From assembly GCA_963775685.1 (NCBI GenBank), contig CAVZJV010000014.1, positions 320,001-384,000 on the forward strand: a stretch of DNA of 64,000 nucleotides, read 5' to 3'. The notes beneath the pieces were generated by a model, which worked only from the letters and a program-made list of their open reading frames with translations, made no database searches and was not told where the DNA came from. Origin of the DNA: Candidatus Bathyarchaeota archaeon (GTDB lineage: Archaea > Thermoproteota > Bathyarchaeia > Bathyarchaeales > Bathycorpusculaceae). Below are positions 31,805 through 43,119 of the stretch, piece after piece (the stretch's first letter is position 1; each line of letters begins with the position of its first letter). The position numbers and the translations under genes are program-made.

Positions 31805-33433
31805 TTAAGGAAGGGGTGCTTTGGGTTTACCCAGCTTGCGGTTGACACAGGCTTGGATAAAACCGGCATATTCAGGGGAGGGTCTGCCGGGGCGGCTCTT
31901 GAATTCTCCATGAAACTGGCTGGCAAAATAGAAGTATTTGTCAGGCAACTCCAAGGTCTCCATTCTTCGTCCATCGCTGCTCTTGCCAGTAAAACATAAG
32001 CCGTTGTTCTTCAGTGCTTGGATGTAATCAAGATTTACTTCAAATCGGTGGCGGTGGCGTTCATGGATCTCTTCCTGTGCATACATGCGGTAAGCCAAAG
32101 AGCCTTTCTGCAAAACCACTTTGTGCGCACCCAATCGCATCGTTGCCCCCTTAATTTCTATGCCTCGTTGCTCAGGCATTAAATCGATGACTGGGTGAGG
32201 CGAATCAGGGTTTATTTCTGTGCTGTTTGCGTCTTTTAAGCCGCAAACGTTTCGGGCAAACTCGATTACTGCCAGCTGGAAGCCGTAGCAGATGCCTAGA
32301 AAGGGAATGTCTTTTTCTCGGGCAAATCGGGCTGCGGCTATCTTGCCTTCTGTTCCTCTTGGACCAAACCCGTAGGGAACAAAAACCCCGTCGAAATTCT
32401 CCAGGTCCTTGATGCATGGGGGTTCACGCTCAAATTTTTCAGCTTCTAAGTAGGAGATGCAGACTTTGGTTTTGCAAGCTGCTCCGCCATGTCGTAGTGC
32501 CTCAGTCATACTAACGTAACTGTCTGATAATCCAGCGTATTTGCCAACCAACGCAATCTTTACCTCATTCTCAGGATGAATCATTCCTTCGACGAAGATT
32601 TGCCATTCACTGAAGTCTTTGCCGTCGCATTTGAATCCTAATCGTTGGCAAATGAAGTCGCCCATGCCCTGTTTGTCAAGGATAAGCGGCACTTGATAAA
32701 CAGTTTCGGCGTTATAGCTACAGAAAACTGCGCTTTCAGGGATGGTGCCGAACAATGCGATTTTTCTCAGCGCCTCTGCATCTATCATCTGTGGACTTCT
32801 TGCAACGATTGTGTCGGGTTGGATACCAATTCGCCTTAATTCGTTAACGCTGTGTTGGAGCGGTTTAGTTTTCATTTCTCCTGTTACATCTAAAATAGGC
32901 ACAAGTGCAACATGCACGTAAAGCGTGTTTTCGTAACCTTCTTCCACACGCATTTGACGTATGGCTTCCAAAAACGGCAAACCTTCAATGTCGCCTACCG
33001 TTCCGCCTACCTCCGTCAAAACAATTTCAGCGTTGACCATTTTGGCAGCATTTCGAATTCGGTTTTTTATTTCGTTAGTCACGTGGGGAACAATTTGGAC
33101 GCAACGACCCAAGAAGTCACCATGACGTTCCTTTTCGATTACAGAACGATAGATTGTACCAGTGGTTAAGTTGTTTCCTTGTTTTAAACTTAAATCAAGA
33201 AAACGTTCGTACCATCCGAGGTCCAGGTCGGTTTCGCCTCCGTCGTCAGTGACGAAGACTTCGCCATGCATGTAGGGATTCATTGTTCCAGCGTCGATGT
33301 TAACGTAAGGGTCAATTTTTACTACGGTGGGTTTTAATCCTCTGGCTTGGAGCATTTTGCCTATAGAGGAAGTTAAGATGCCTTTGCCGACTGAACTTAG
33401 CACGCCGCCTGTTACGAAAATATACTTAACCAT
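31805..33433 (-). CDS. pyrG: CTP synthase
   Basis: KYIFVTGGVLSSVGKG, DLDLGWYERF, KTKPLQHSV, GICYGFQ, ERHRHRFE, QFHGE. Confidence 0.98.
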   Translation of the reverse strand: MVKYIFVTGGVLSSVGKGILTSSIGKMLQARGLKPTVVKIDPYVNIDAGTMNPYMHGEVFVTDDGGETDLDLGWYERFLDLSLKQGNNLTTGTIYRSVIEKERHGDFLGRCVQIVPHVTNEIKNRIRNAAKMVNAEIVLTEVGGTVGDIEGLPFLEAIRQMRVEEGYENTLYVHVALVPILDVTGEMKTKPLQHSVNELRRIGIQPDTIVARSPQMIDAEALRKIALFGTIPESAVFCSYNAETVYQVPLILDKQGMGDFICQRLGFKCDGKDFSEWQIFVEGMIHPENEVKIALVGKYAGLSDSYVSMTEALRHGGAACKTKVCISYLEAEKFEREPPCIKDLENFDGVFVPYGFGPRGTEGKIAAARFAREKDIPFLGICYGFQLAVIEFARNVCGLKDANSTEINPDSPHPVIDLMPEQRGIEIKGATMRLGAHKVVLQKGSLAYRMYAQEEIHERHRHRFEVNLDYIQALKNNGLCFTGKSSDGRRMETLELPDKYFYFASQFHGEFKSRPGRPSPEYAGFIQACVNRKLGKPKAPLP

Positions 33434-33539
33434 GCTTTTCCCCATTATAACTACTCTTTTCATGGCGATTTAATATAACTCTTTTGTGTGAAGGGCTGCA
33501 AGAATGAGCAATCAATTATGTCAAATCCTAAGAAACTGC

Positions 33540-33887
33540 ACAAGCTATTGGGACGGTGACTTTTGGCTATATCTAAGTTTCGCTTCAATCCTCAAATCAA
33601 AAACCAAACACCAATAATAACCAACACAAAGGCCAGAAGTACTGACCAGAACAATGTCAAAGACTAAGTTAATGCAGCATAAGCCAGGAAAAAGAAAGAA
33701 TAGACATATTAAAAGAGGACCAATTCCGTTTCCTCTACGGCGGTAACCGTATTAGTCCTCGTAGTATCAACGCCCGTTCATACTTGGAATAAAGCTTGCT
33801 TTCGACTGGTGAAAGTGGTGCGCCACAGTTAGAACAGTTGTTGGATGTGTATGGGTTAAGAAGGCAGCATCTTGAACAATAAACCAA
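33540..33887 (-). pseudogene. Decayed zinc-ribbon membrane protein
   Basis: LVYCSRCCLLNPYTSNNCSNCGAPL followed by broken hydrophobic segments. Confidence 0.5.
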
Positions 33888-34018
33888 CTTTTTCGACCTC
33901 AGCCATTTCCTAAAACGTATTAAACCCGTATAATTTTTGTTAGCCGAAGCAAATCATGGCTTTTAATACATAAAATATTAATTACAAGCGTTGTACTAAG
34001 TATACTTGGAGACTCTAA

Positions 34019-34252
34019 ATGCCACAAGCCTTTGTGTTAATAAATGTTGAATCTGGAGCAGAAGAAGATCTTGTTAAGGAACTGAAAAAGCTAGAGGGCG
34101 TAGAGGAAGCATACTATTCGTACGGTGTTTACGACATTATTGCTAAAATTAAAGCTGACTCGATGGAAAAACTTAAGGAAATGGTGACACGCAAGATAAG
34201 AATTCTAAGCAGGGTCCGCTCTACTTTAACGTTGATAATGATGGAAGAATAA
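34019..34252 (+). CDS. Stand-alone Lrp/AsnC ligand-binding (RAM) domain protein 1
   Basis: AFVLINVE..GVYDIIAKI..STLTLI. Confidence 0.92.
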   Translation: MPQAFVLINVESGAEEDLVKELKKLEGVEEAYYSYGVYDIIAKIKADSMEKLKEMVTRKIRILSRVRSTLTLIMMEE

Positions 34253-34608
34253 GCTGCTTTCAGCAGTTTCACTCTATTTTTTACACCATTAGATTATTTT
34301 TCAATTAACACTGACCAAGTTTCACAAATTCGAGACAACCCGAACAATAGTTTTTGCTTCTACTAAAACAGAATGTCTATATCTGGACCAAGTTTTCGGG
34401 GTGAGCTGAAAAAAGCTAAAGGAAACCCTATTCGGCCAGATTAAGTGAATGCACGCAATTGTGCCATTGAATAGGTCTTAGTCCTGATTTCTGGTAGGAT
34501 AGAAAGACATATAAAGTTCAGAATTTTAGCTAAAAAAAGCTTGCCGATTTAATATAATCCTTAAAAGTTAATCTACTGACTGCTTACGTTAAGGCTTGAA
34601 ATCTCGTT

Positions 34609-35646
34609 ATGGAAAATGTCAAAAAACCTCTCCGCTTAAACGCGATTATGCTTGTTTTAGTCTTTGGTTTGATAGCCTTCATACTCTACATTTATTTTTA
34701 CATCAACCCAGCACAAGTTTCCGATATTCTTTTAAAAACAAAACTTGAATACTACATATTTGCCTTTGTCTCTTACTTTTTCTTTGCGTTCTTCTCGTCT
34801 TTGGTATGGTACCAGTTACTAAGGAACCTGTCAATTAGAGTTAGCAAACGCAAAATCTTTCTATTCACCTGGGTAGGCTTGTTTTTTGATGCCACTGCCC
34901 CTCAACTTGGATGGTCTGGAGAAATCTCCAAAACGTACCTATTGTCCAAAGATTCAACTGTTGATGTTGGAAAAATCGGAGCTTCTGTTGTGGGACAAAA
35001 ACTTTTCACGATGACTATGACCGTTGTCGCATTGAGTTTAGGTTTAGGTTTGGTTTTAGTCAACTATTCTTTGCCAACTACAGTAACCCTGCTAATCATC
35101 ACAGTTTTAGTTCTCTCGATAATAGCATTGTCCTTAGTTTATTACGTAAGCAATAAACCAAAAGCCACCGCAGCATTGGTTAATTGGGCTATAAAAATAA
35201 CGTTACTTTTCCGTAAACGTTGGAACCCTGAAAATTTCAGATTAAAAGCTGATGAGTTGCTAAATGAATTTCATCAGAGCATTCGAATGTTGAAATCTGA
35301 ACCAAAAGCACTTTTGCAGCCCATTGTTTTTGCAATTGTGAGTTTCATTTGTGAAGTTTCGGTTATTTTTATCACCTTTGTTTCTCTAGGGTTACCAGTT
35401 CCAGTTGATAAGGTTCTGATTGTTTTTACCTTGACAGGTACGCTTCAAACTGTAGGTATCACTTTCTTTGGTTTTCCTGAATTGATAATGACTGTTTCGT
35501 TTAGTGCACTATTGATTCCGGCGCCTCTGGCTTTTTCAGTTACTTTATTGACAAGGATTGTAAACTTATGGTTTAGAATATTCGTGTCCTACATTGCGTT
35601 GCAATGGGCCGGAATAAAAATCCTAAGACAAAACCATGTGAGGTAA
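34609..35646 (+). CDS. Lysylphosphatidylglycerol-synthase TM / flippase-like (UPF0104) membrane protein
   Basis: FFDATAPQLGWSGEISKTYLL; multiple TMs; LLTRIVNLW. Confidence 0.8.
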   Translation: MENVKKPLRLNAIMLVLVFGLIAFILYIYFYINPAQVSDILLKTKLEYYIFAFVSYFFFAFFSSLVWYQLLRNLSIRVSKRKIFLFTWVGLFFDATAPQLGWSGEISKTYLLSKDSTVDVGKIGASVVGQKLFTMTMTVVALSLGLGLVLVNYSLPTTVTLLIITVLVLSIIALSLVYYVSNKPKATAALVNWAIKITLLFRKRWNPENFRLKADELLNEFHQSIRMLKSEPKALLQPIVFAIVSFICEVSVIFITFVSLGLPVPVDKVLIVFTLTGTLQTVGITFFGFPELIMTVSFSALLIPAPLAFSVTLLTRIVNLWFRIFVSYIALQWAGIKILRQNHVR

Positions 35647-35698
35647 GCAAGGAAACATTTTAATGCAAACTATGCCTAAGTTATTATAGAGGATTGTT

Positions 35699-35935
35699 AT
35701 GCCTACAGCGTTTGTATTAATAAATACTGAAATAGGCTCTGAATCGGACGTTCTAAAGGAACTAAAAAAAGTTGAAGGCGTAGAAGAAGCCTCAGCCGTT
35801 TACGGAGTCTACGACATCGTAGCAAGAGTCAAAGCAGACACTATGGATAAGCTAAAGGAAATAGTAACTTGGCGAATTCGGCGACTCGACAAAGTTCGCT
35901 CAACATTAACGATGATAGTGGTAGAAGACAAGTAA
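35699..35935 (+). CDS. Stand-alone Lrp/AsnC ligand-binding domain protein 2
   Basis: Close paralog of 34019-34252. Confidence 0.92.
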   Translation: MPTAFVLINTEIGSESDVLKELKKVEGVEEASAVYGVYDIVARVKADTMDKLKEIVTWRIRRLDKVRSTLTMIVVEDK

Positions 35936-36281
35936 ACATCATCTTCCCTTCTTTTGAATAGTACATATTTTTACAAATACAATGTCGCATTTGTGACTAG
36001 CTAGATACAATCACAAATTTTTAAATTATTTTTGACTGATTATCACTCTGTGCATCGGTAGTGATAAAATGATAAAAATCCTGCAAATTCCAGGTAAGCC
36101 CAAAGAGAGCTACACGAAAATAGAAGGTCCCAATATATTGCGATGCACCGAATTTTTAATCGGTTGGACGGAGGAGGTTTGGACGACAATGAATCTTTTT
36201 GTGTTCCCCTCAAACAATAAAGAGCACCCCAACCTCTGAAGCCAACCAACCCACCCATCCAAAAATAGAGGCGAGAAAAAA

Positions 36282-36566
36282 ATGCCCGCAGCTTATATTC
36301 TCGTAAATACTGAAATTGGAGCCGAAATCCAAGTTCGAAAAGCCCTAAAACGTATCGAAGGTGTTGAAGAAGTCCACAACCTATGGGGTGTTTATGACAT
36401 AATTGCTAACGTCAAGGCAGATAGCATGGAAGCATTAAAATCAATCATAGCTAATCAAATCGAGAAAATCGGTAAAATAAACTCAAAATTAACTATGATA
36501 ATTGCCGAAAAGCCCCCCAGTGCATTTCGAGAACAAGTTCTTTTTGAAAGCCCAATGATCCAGTAA
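36282..36566 (+). CDS. Stand-alone Lrp/AsnC ligand-binding domain protein 3
   Basis: AYILVNTE..WGVYDIIANV. Confidence 0.9.
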   Translation: MPAAYILVNTEIGAEIQVRKALKRIEGVEEVHNLWGVYDIIANVKADSMEALKSIIANQIEKIGKINSKLTMIIAEKPPSAFREQVLFESPMIQ

Positions 36567-36634
36567 ACCTTCAGCCTAAACATGTTTTAGGCTAACAATA
36601 TTTTTTACTCTCCACCCCAATTCTTAATTCAACT

Positions 36635-37990
36635 TTGGAGTGCAACTCATTGACTAAGCAGACAATGCATATTGGACTCGACGACACAGACTCAACAAAA
36701 GGAGGTTGCACCACTTACCTTGCCGCTGTTCTTATCGAAAAAATTGAAAAATTCAAAGTGCAATTTAGTGATTATCCCGGTTTGATCAGGCTTAATCCCA
36801 ATGTGCCTTGGAAGACAAGAGGCAATGGAGCACTTTGCCTTCGATTCACATATGACTCAACTTTTGAAGAAGAAATAAAGGAAACAGCAATGGAGCTGTG
36901 GGAGGCGTATTCAGCTGTTCAAGAAAGAGGAACCGACCCGGGGATTGTCTTCTATAAAAGCCCCAAAATTCCGGCTGAGCTGACGGCTTTTTCTAAAAAA
37001 GCAGAAACAGCCATCGTCACACTCAAAGAAGCTACTTTGCTAATCAAGAAACTGGGTGCTGAAGCTGCAGGATTTAACAGTTGTCGGGGTATCATCGGTG
37101 CCTTGGCAGCGGTTGGCGAAACCCTAAACGATGACCATACTTATGAATTAATCACTTATAGGACTCCCGAGAATTTAGGCTCAAAGCGACGAGTTGATGC
37201 GGCAACGATTTTTGAAATGGATAAGTTGACGATACCTTACACATTTAATAACGTAGATTGGGAGAAACGCCGGGTGATCATTACCCCTCGAGGTCCTGAC
37301 CCGATTCTGTTTGGAATCAGAGGAGAAACACCCAAAGTCGTGAGGAGAGCGTTTGGAACTGTTAAGCCACTTGAACCTGTGGAGCGATGGGTGATTTTCC
37401 GTAGCAACCAAGGAACAGATGCCCACCTGAAACGTGTTGAAAAATTAAGTAAACTTGAGCCATATAGTTCAGTTATCGCTAAAGGTATCGTTTCAAAAAA
37501 TCCGCGTATAGTTCCCCTGCGTCACGTTATTTTCTCCATAAAAGACGATTCAGCGGAAGTGGATTGCGCAGCTTACGAGCCAACAGGAGATTTGCGAAAA
37601 ATAGCGCGAGAACTAGTGATAGGCGATTATGTTGAGGTTTATGGTGCAGTACACAAAGCGTCGGCAACTAAACCACTAACAATCAACTTAGAGAAGATAA
37701 ACATCATAAACTTGAAACAACAAATCATACTTGAAAACCCGCTGTGTCCCAAATGTGGAAAACGACTAAAATCAGGCGGCAAAAAACAGGGTTTTCGCTG
37801 TGAAAAATGCGGTGGCAAATATGCTGATCTAAAAAAGAAAGAAACAGTCGCGCCTCGTACCATCAAAGCAGAATTGTATGTAACTTCAACGAGGTCCCAG
37901 AGACATCTTACTAAGCCTCTTCGCCGATATGGACAGGAAAAACATGATGCTTCAGATTGTCGAATCATTGAGGAGTGGCATTATCCCTAA
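36635..37990 (+). CDS. tiaS: tRNA(Ile2) 2-agmatinylcytidine synthetase
   Basis: GLDDTDSTKGGCTT, RLNPNVPWKTRGNGA, SNQGTDAH, AAYEPTG, CPKC..GFRC, RHLTKP. Confidence 0.96.
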   Translation: MECNSLTKQTMHIGLDDTDSTKGGCTTYLAAVLIEKIEKFKVQFSDYPGLIRLNPNVPWKTRGNGALCLRFTYDSTFEEEIKETAMELWEAYSAVQERGTDPGIVFYKSPKIPAELTAFSKKAETAIVTLKEATLLIKKLGAEAAGFNSCRGIIGALAAVGETLNDDHTYELITYRTPENLGSKRRVDAATIFEMDKLTIPYTFNNVDWEKRRVIITPRGPDPILFGIRGETPKVVRRAFGTVKPLEPVERWVIFRSNQGTDAHLKRVEKLSKLEPYSSVIAKGIVSKNPRIVPLRHVIFSIKDDSAEVDCAAYEPTGDLRKIARELVIGDYVEVYGAVHKASATKPLTINLEKINIINLKQQIILENPLCPKCGKRLKSGGKKQGFRCEKCGGKYADLKKKETVAPRTIKAELYVTSTRSQRHLTKPLRRYGQEKHDASDCRIIEEWHYP

Positions 37991-38336
37991 ATATGAATTA
38001 GTTCGGGTGTTTGCTTGCTTCATAATTCTGAGCGAATCTGGTGTTCGATAATCAAATAGGCGAAGTTGCACCAAAATAAGCTTAAATTGACGTCTGAATT
38101 TTGGTAAAAGCACAATCATTAATAGGTGCTATAACATAGTTATAGTGAGGCAAAAACAAAGAAAAAAACCCCTAAACCTCACAGCGCTTAGTCGCTTCCG
38201 CTTAGCAAAGAGTATAATACGTTTAGCCTAATTTGCTGCAACCAGGTTCGTTCTGAAAGCAAGCCAAACTCCAAAGAAAAGAGAACACTACATCTTTCAC
38301 AATTGCTTTTGCCCAGAAAAATAGGGAGTAAAAAGT

Positions 38337-38705
38337 ATGGCGAAAATATCCCCCATATTTAAAAAAGTAGTATCTTTTGTTTTTACTAAGCCCGCCACAA
38401 GTGGGTATCCCAACAAAAAACCATTGTTAGCAGACGACTATCGAGGTCAAATGCAAATAGACCTCAAATCATGCATCGGTTGCGGATTATGCAAAAAGGA
38501 CTGCCCTGGAGGAGCCATTGAAATGGTTGATTTTTGCGGGAAAAAACGACCCCAATTCAGACTAGACAAATGTCTCTTCTGCTACCAATGTGCTGAAAGC
38601 TGCCCCAAAAAGGCCATAAATAACTCAACAATATACGAATTAGCCACAGTCGACAAAGCCTCATTAACCATGAAACCCAGACACGTAATTGTGTGCCAAG
38701 CATAG
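38337..38705 (+). CDS. 2x[4Fe-4S] ferredoxin-like NuoI/EchF-type subunit
   Basis: KPATSGYP..YRG, CIGCGLCKKDCP, CLFCYQCAESCP. Confidence 0.88.
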   Translation: MAKISPIFKKVVSFVFTKPATSGYPNKKPLLADDYRGQMQIDLKSCIGCGLCKKDCPGGAIEMVDFCGKKRPQFRLDKCLFCYQCAESCPKKAINNSTIYELATVDKASLTMKPRHVIVCQA

Positions 38706-38972
38706 GACAAGTAGAAAACCGTTTGCTATCTTGCGGTTCTTTTTTTTAAAGTTAAAATTATTGAAAAGTGTCGCCTTTTCGATTTTTAAGGTGTATTTTT
38801 CAATTTATGTACAGAATTTTTAGCCGTTTGATAGAACAGAGAAGAGCAACTTGTGAAGTAAATCGAATCCTTTTTTGAGATAAATAAATAGGCATTCTAT
38901 TGAAATCCTTTAAATCCGCGAAACCCATAAACCCTCCAACAACAAACCAACTCACAACAAAGGCGACTCTTC

Positions 38973-41789
38973 ATGGTTGAAAAAACGTTCCCCCCAGAAG
39001 CATACCAGCTTCCATTCTTTAGAGAGGAAGGCTTCGTTAGGAAGCATTGTCCAAAGTGCGGCGAATATTTCTGGACCCAAAACGCAGAGCAGGAAACCTG
39101 CGGAGAATCTAGCTCAGACGAATGCGGATGCTACACTTTCCTTGGCAACCCAGCCACAACCCAAAAGTTTAGCCTCTCCGAGATGAGGGAAGCATTCCTC
39201 TCGTTCTTTGAAAAGAATGGTCATACACGCATCAAGCCATATCCCGTTGTGGCGCGTTGGAGAAAAGACATCTATCTGACCCATGCGAGTATAATTGATT
39301 TCCAACCTTATGTAACGGAGGGCATCGCGCCTCCGCCAGCCAACCCGCTAGTCATTTCTCAACCCTGCATTCGACTCACCGATATTTCTAACACTGGACC
39401 CACCTTTGGCAGGCACCTTACCATTTTCGAAATGGGCGGAGCACACGCTTTCAACTATCCTAACAAAGAGGTTTACTGGAAAGATGACACCGTCCGTTTC
39501 CACCATCGCTTTGCAACAGAATGTCTTGGTATAAAGTCTGAGGAAGTCATCTACAAGGAGGGTGTGTGGATTGGCGGAGGAAACGCTGGTCCAGATGTGG
39601 AGTGTATCTGTCGTGGCCTAGAAGTGGGCACGCTGGTGTTCATGCAGTATAAAGTTGTGGGCAACGACTTCGTCGAATTGCCCATCCGCACCGTAGATAC
39701 AGGATATGGCATAGACCGTTTTACTTGGATAAGCCAAGGTGTACCAAGCCTCTTCCAAGCAATCTACGGAGACTTGCTCGACAAAGTCCTGGGAATGGCG
39801 GGTATAACTAATATTGATAATGATTTTTTGGTGCGGGTTGCCAAGTATTCTGGTTTAGTCAGCGTTGACAAACGAGCAAACAGAATGGTTGCCAGAAAGA
39901 GGGTGTCAGAACTTACAGGTATTGAATTGCCCATGTTGGAGAAGGTTCTTGTCCCTATTGAGAATGCTTGGGCAGTAACCGACCATACAAAAACCCTTAT
40001 CTTCATACTTAGCGAGGGAGTAGTGCCATCTAACATCCAGGAAGGCTATCTAGCAAGGCTGTTGTTCCGACGGGTTTACCGCTTAATGCGTTCCTTAAAC
40101 ATGGAGCCAGCTAAACTCTATAATATAATTGACATGCAAGCTGATTACTGGGCAAAAGACTTCCCACGTATCAAAGAAATGCAAAACGAAATAATCGAGA
40201 TGCTTAAGGTTGAAGAAGAAAAGTTCGTTGAGACGCTAAAACGGGGCGAAGGCATGGTTAAACGGATCGCTGTTGACCTCAAAGCTAAGGGTACAGGCAA
40301 ACTATCCAATGATATGCTGGCAGAACTGTATGATTCTCATGGATTGCCACCAGAAATAGTCAAGCAGGCAGCAGAGAAGGAAGGTGTCGAAGTTGAAGTA
40401 CCAGAAAACTTCTATGCGTTAATTGCTAACCGTCACATGGCTACACTCAAACCAGTTGAGGAAGAGGAAGCACAAGCGGAGAAGACGCTTAAGGAAGTTG
40501 CCGAGACGCTGCTTGCAACAGAACCTCTCTACTACGCCGATGTTTACCAGAAAGAATTTGACGCCAAAGTCGTCAAAGTTATCAACGGCTACTATGTTGT
40601 GTTGGATGGCACCTGCTTCTATCCTGAAGGCGGCGGCCAACCCAGCGACTTAGGCTGGATAGTGAGCGATAACGTTAAAATTGAAGTTGTCGATGTCAAG
40701 AAAATCGGCAAAGTCATCTTCCACAGACTCCGCACGCCTGAAACATTCAAGGAAGGCAGCACTGTACATGGCATACTGGATTGGGACCGACGCTACAGTC
40801 TAATGCAAGCGCACACCGTTACGCATCTAATAAATGGTGCAGCGAGACGTCTCTTAGGAGAGCATGTTTGGCAATCGGGCACACAAAAAGGACTTGAGAC
40901 TTCACGACTCGATATTTCCCATTACCGAAGACTAACACAAGAAGAAATCCACAAAATCGAGACCCTAGCAAACCAAGCAATAGCCGCTAACATGAAAGTT
41001 GAAACCGCATGGTTGCCACGTAACGAAGCTGAATCGCTATACGGTTTTAGGCTTTATCAGGGTGGTGCGGTTCCAGGTAAAGAAATCCGTGTGGTCAAGA
41101 CTGGCGATTGGGATGTGGAAGCCTGTGCAGGAACACACTTGGGAACAACCCGCGAGGTTGGCTTTGTAAAAATCGTTTACACGGAACGTGTGCAGGATGG
41201 CGTAGAACGGCTTGGCTACGCGGTTGGGCTTAAAGCTCTAAAAGCCGTGCAAGACCAGGAAAGCCTGCTCTGGAAAGTCTCAGAAGTACTAACTGCACCT
41301 ATAGAAAAGTTGGATAAGACGGCTGAGAAAGTTGTGAAGGAACTTAAAGAAGCCAATGTTGAGAAACGCAAGCTAATCAAAGAGCTTGCGGAAAAGGAAA
41401 GCACAGTAGGAAACACAGAAGCCTGCGAGCCGACAATTGAAGTTGAAGGGGTCTCAATTGTTAAAAGGGATTTTGGAGAATCAGTCGAGGTTGACCGCAT
41501 GCTAAGAACTGCAAGCGAAATAATAAAACGCAACGAAGCCTCAGTCACGTTGTTTTATGGTTCCGACGGCAAAGCTTGCAAACTCATAGTTATGGCTGGA
41601 GAGACCGCGGTCCAGAAAGGCGTCAACGCAAATCAAATTGTGAAGAATGCAGCGCCAGTTTTTGGCGGTGGTGGCGGTGGTAGACCCAACTTCGCTCAAG
41701 CTGGCGGAACAAAACCTGAGAAACTCAAGGATGCAGTGGCTGTTGCTGAGGAAGCAGTAAAGAAACAACTGAAACACTTGTGCTCTTAG
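38973..41789 (+). CDS. alaS: Alanine--tRNA ligase (archaeal type)
   Basis: YPVVARWR, FEMGG, VDTGYG, YPEGGGQ, editing domain HTVTH and ACAGTH, GGGGGRPNFAQAGG. Confidence 0.98.
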   Translation: MVEKTFPPEAYQLPFFREEGFVRKHCPKCGEYFWTQNAEQETCGESSSDECGCYTFLGNPATTQKFSLSEMREAFLSFFEKNGHTRIKPYPVVARWRKDIYLTHASIIDFQPYVTEGIAPPPANPLVISQPCIRLTDISNTGPTFGRHLTIFEMGGAHAFNYPNKEVYWKDDTVRFHHRFATECLGIKSEEVIYKEGVWIGGGNAGPDVECICRGLEVGTLVFMQYKVVGNDFVELPIRTVDTGYGIDRFTWISQGVPSLFQAIYGDLLDKVLGMAGITNIDNDFLVRVAKYSGLVSVDKRANRMVARKRVSELTGIELPMLEKVLVPIENAWAVTDHTKTLIFILSEGVVPSNIQEGYLARLLFRRVYRLMRSLNMEPAKLYNIIDMQADYWAKDFPRIKEMQNEIIEMLKVEEEKFVETLKRGEGMVKRIAVDLKAKGTGKLSNDMLAELYDSHGLPPEIVKQAAEKEGVEVEVPENFYALIANRHMATLKPVEEEEAQAEKTLKEVAETLLATEPLYYADVYQKEFDAKVVKVINGYYVVLDGTCFYPEGGGQPSDLGWIVSDNVKIEVVDVKKIGKVIFHRLRTPETFKEGSTVHGILDWDRRYSLMQAHTVTHLINGAARRLLGEHVWQSGTQKGLETSRLDISHYRRLTQEEIHKIETLANQAIAANMKVETAWLPRNEAESLYGFRLYQGGAVPGKEIRVVKTGDWDVEACAGTHLGTTREVGFVKIVYTERVQDGVERLGYAVGLKALKAVQDQESLLWKVSEVLTAPIEKLDKTAEKVVKELKEANVEKRKLIKELAEKESTVGNTEACEPTIEVEGVSIVKRDFGESVEVDRMLRTASEIIKRNEASVTLFYGSDGKACKLIVMAGETAVQKGVNANQIVKNAAPVFGGGGGGRPNFAQAGGTKPEKLKDAVAVAEEAVKKQLKHLCS

Positions 41790-41956
41790 ATTATTCCCCT
41801 TTTATTTAGCTCTCAACCACGGCTGAGCCTTTACGTTAGCTCAACGGACCCTTCGGTTTAGATGCGATGTCTGGGGCTATGGTGTGTTGGAAAATATTGG
41901 TGGATTAATCATGGTAATTTATTTCTTCTCTCAAGGCTGCAGGCATAACGAGCCCA

Positions 41957-42528
41957 TTATGTTAAGGCGTTTAGGTTTATGCTGATAAAGAATGATATGT
42001 ACACTAAAAAGAAAACTGCGAAGAATTTATGGTAAGTCTGGTTTTTCGTTAACGATGCAACAGCGCTTAAAGCTGTAATCAAAACAATGGTGATTATGTA
42101 GAGTGGACCCTGCGCCAACAAATGTGGAACCCCTTTGAGAAGTGTGTCTACAAAATCAAGTGGTCCAAGCAAAGCGGCAAGAGTAAAGAAACCAGCGGCG
42201 GTCCTCGAAGAAGTGTCGTTTGAACTCCATTTTTTCGTCAAATGGGTCAGGAAACAGAATTACGGATAGCAGGAAGCATACTGTCGGCGTTAAGAGGAGG
42301 AATATGAAGAGCGGAAAGACTCCATGTTTGCCAAGGCTCCCATCTGAACATGACCCACCAATTCAAACCCATGTACAAAAATACGTTAACCGACCAAAGG
42401 ATGTGGACCCAGTAATTTTGGATTTTGTCACGCCGTTCCAGAATTTTGCCGACGCCAGTCAGCAGCCTTGTGATGCCTAAAGCGATGATTAATGAAGGAA
42501 CGATGGAAATGTATGAGAAAGCATCCAT
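41957..42528 (-). CDS. Integral membrane protein, frameshifted (ORFs 42247-42528 and 41957-42241)
   Basis: Continuous hydrophobic protein across frame breaks. Confidence 0.65.
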
Positions 42529-42649
42529 TCCCTAACTCAGCCAATTAACGCAAAAATGTGTACTTTAATTATTTAACGATTACTCAAGATCGGTTCTTAA
42601 TAATCTAATTCTACAAATAAAAGGGAGAAACTTCGGTTTTGGAAGTTGA

Positions 42650-43070
42650 TTATGGTATGTTCCATTCGTAGACCGTGATGTTGAGTTCTTGCCACATTGG
42701 GTCTAATGCTTCAAAAACTACAAGCGCTATTAAATCGTTGAGCCAGCTTAGTTTTTCAGATATGGTCATGAAGCTCCATAGGCCGACACTCTTGCCTTTT
42801 CCTTCAATCATTTTTGCCATGTCGTAGCCTTTTAGAACCACAATGTCTTCAGTCAAGGTGTTAAAAACGCCCTGATCTTCTGCAACGCCTAATCCCTTCG
42901 GAGGCGTCATTCCTTTAGCCGTTACTGCTATGAAGGCATCTATTCCTGCAGCCTTCCCCTCACCTTTAACTTGTGCCGTCCATTGTAGACTTGTTTAACG
43001 CCTTCCACACCGATTGATTTGATAAAGCTGGCGACGCTTTTGCCTTTTCCTTCAAAAAGTTTTTCTCCTA
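42650..43070 (-). pseudogene. Hypothetical protein, frameshifted
   Basis: LGEKLFEGKGK N-terminus with AGGTGA RBS; ORF 42650-42910 is the 3' part. Confidence 0.5.
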
Positions 43071-43119
43071 AAACAAAAATTTTCACCTAAAATAATTGTA
43101 GGTTTGGAACTTTAAACGT

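Noticed and set aside
34380-34450. c-di-AMP (ydaO) riboswitch-like GGACC..GGGGTGA segment
   Set aside because: The 5' and 3' conserved elements are missing; similarity is too partial without a covariance-model search.
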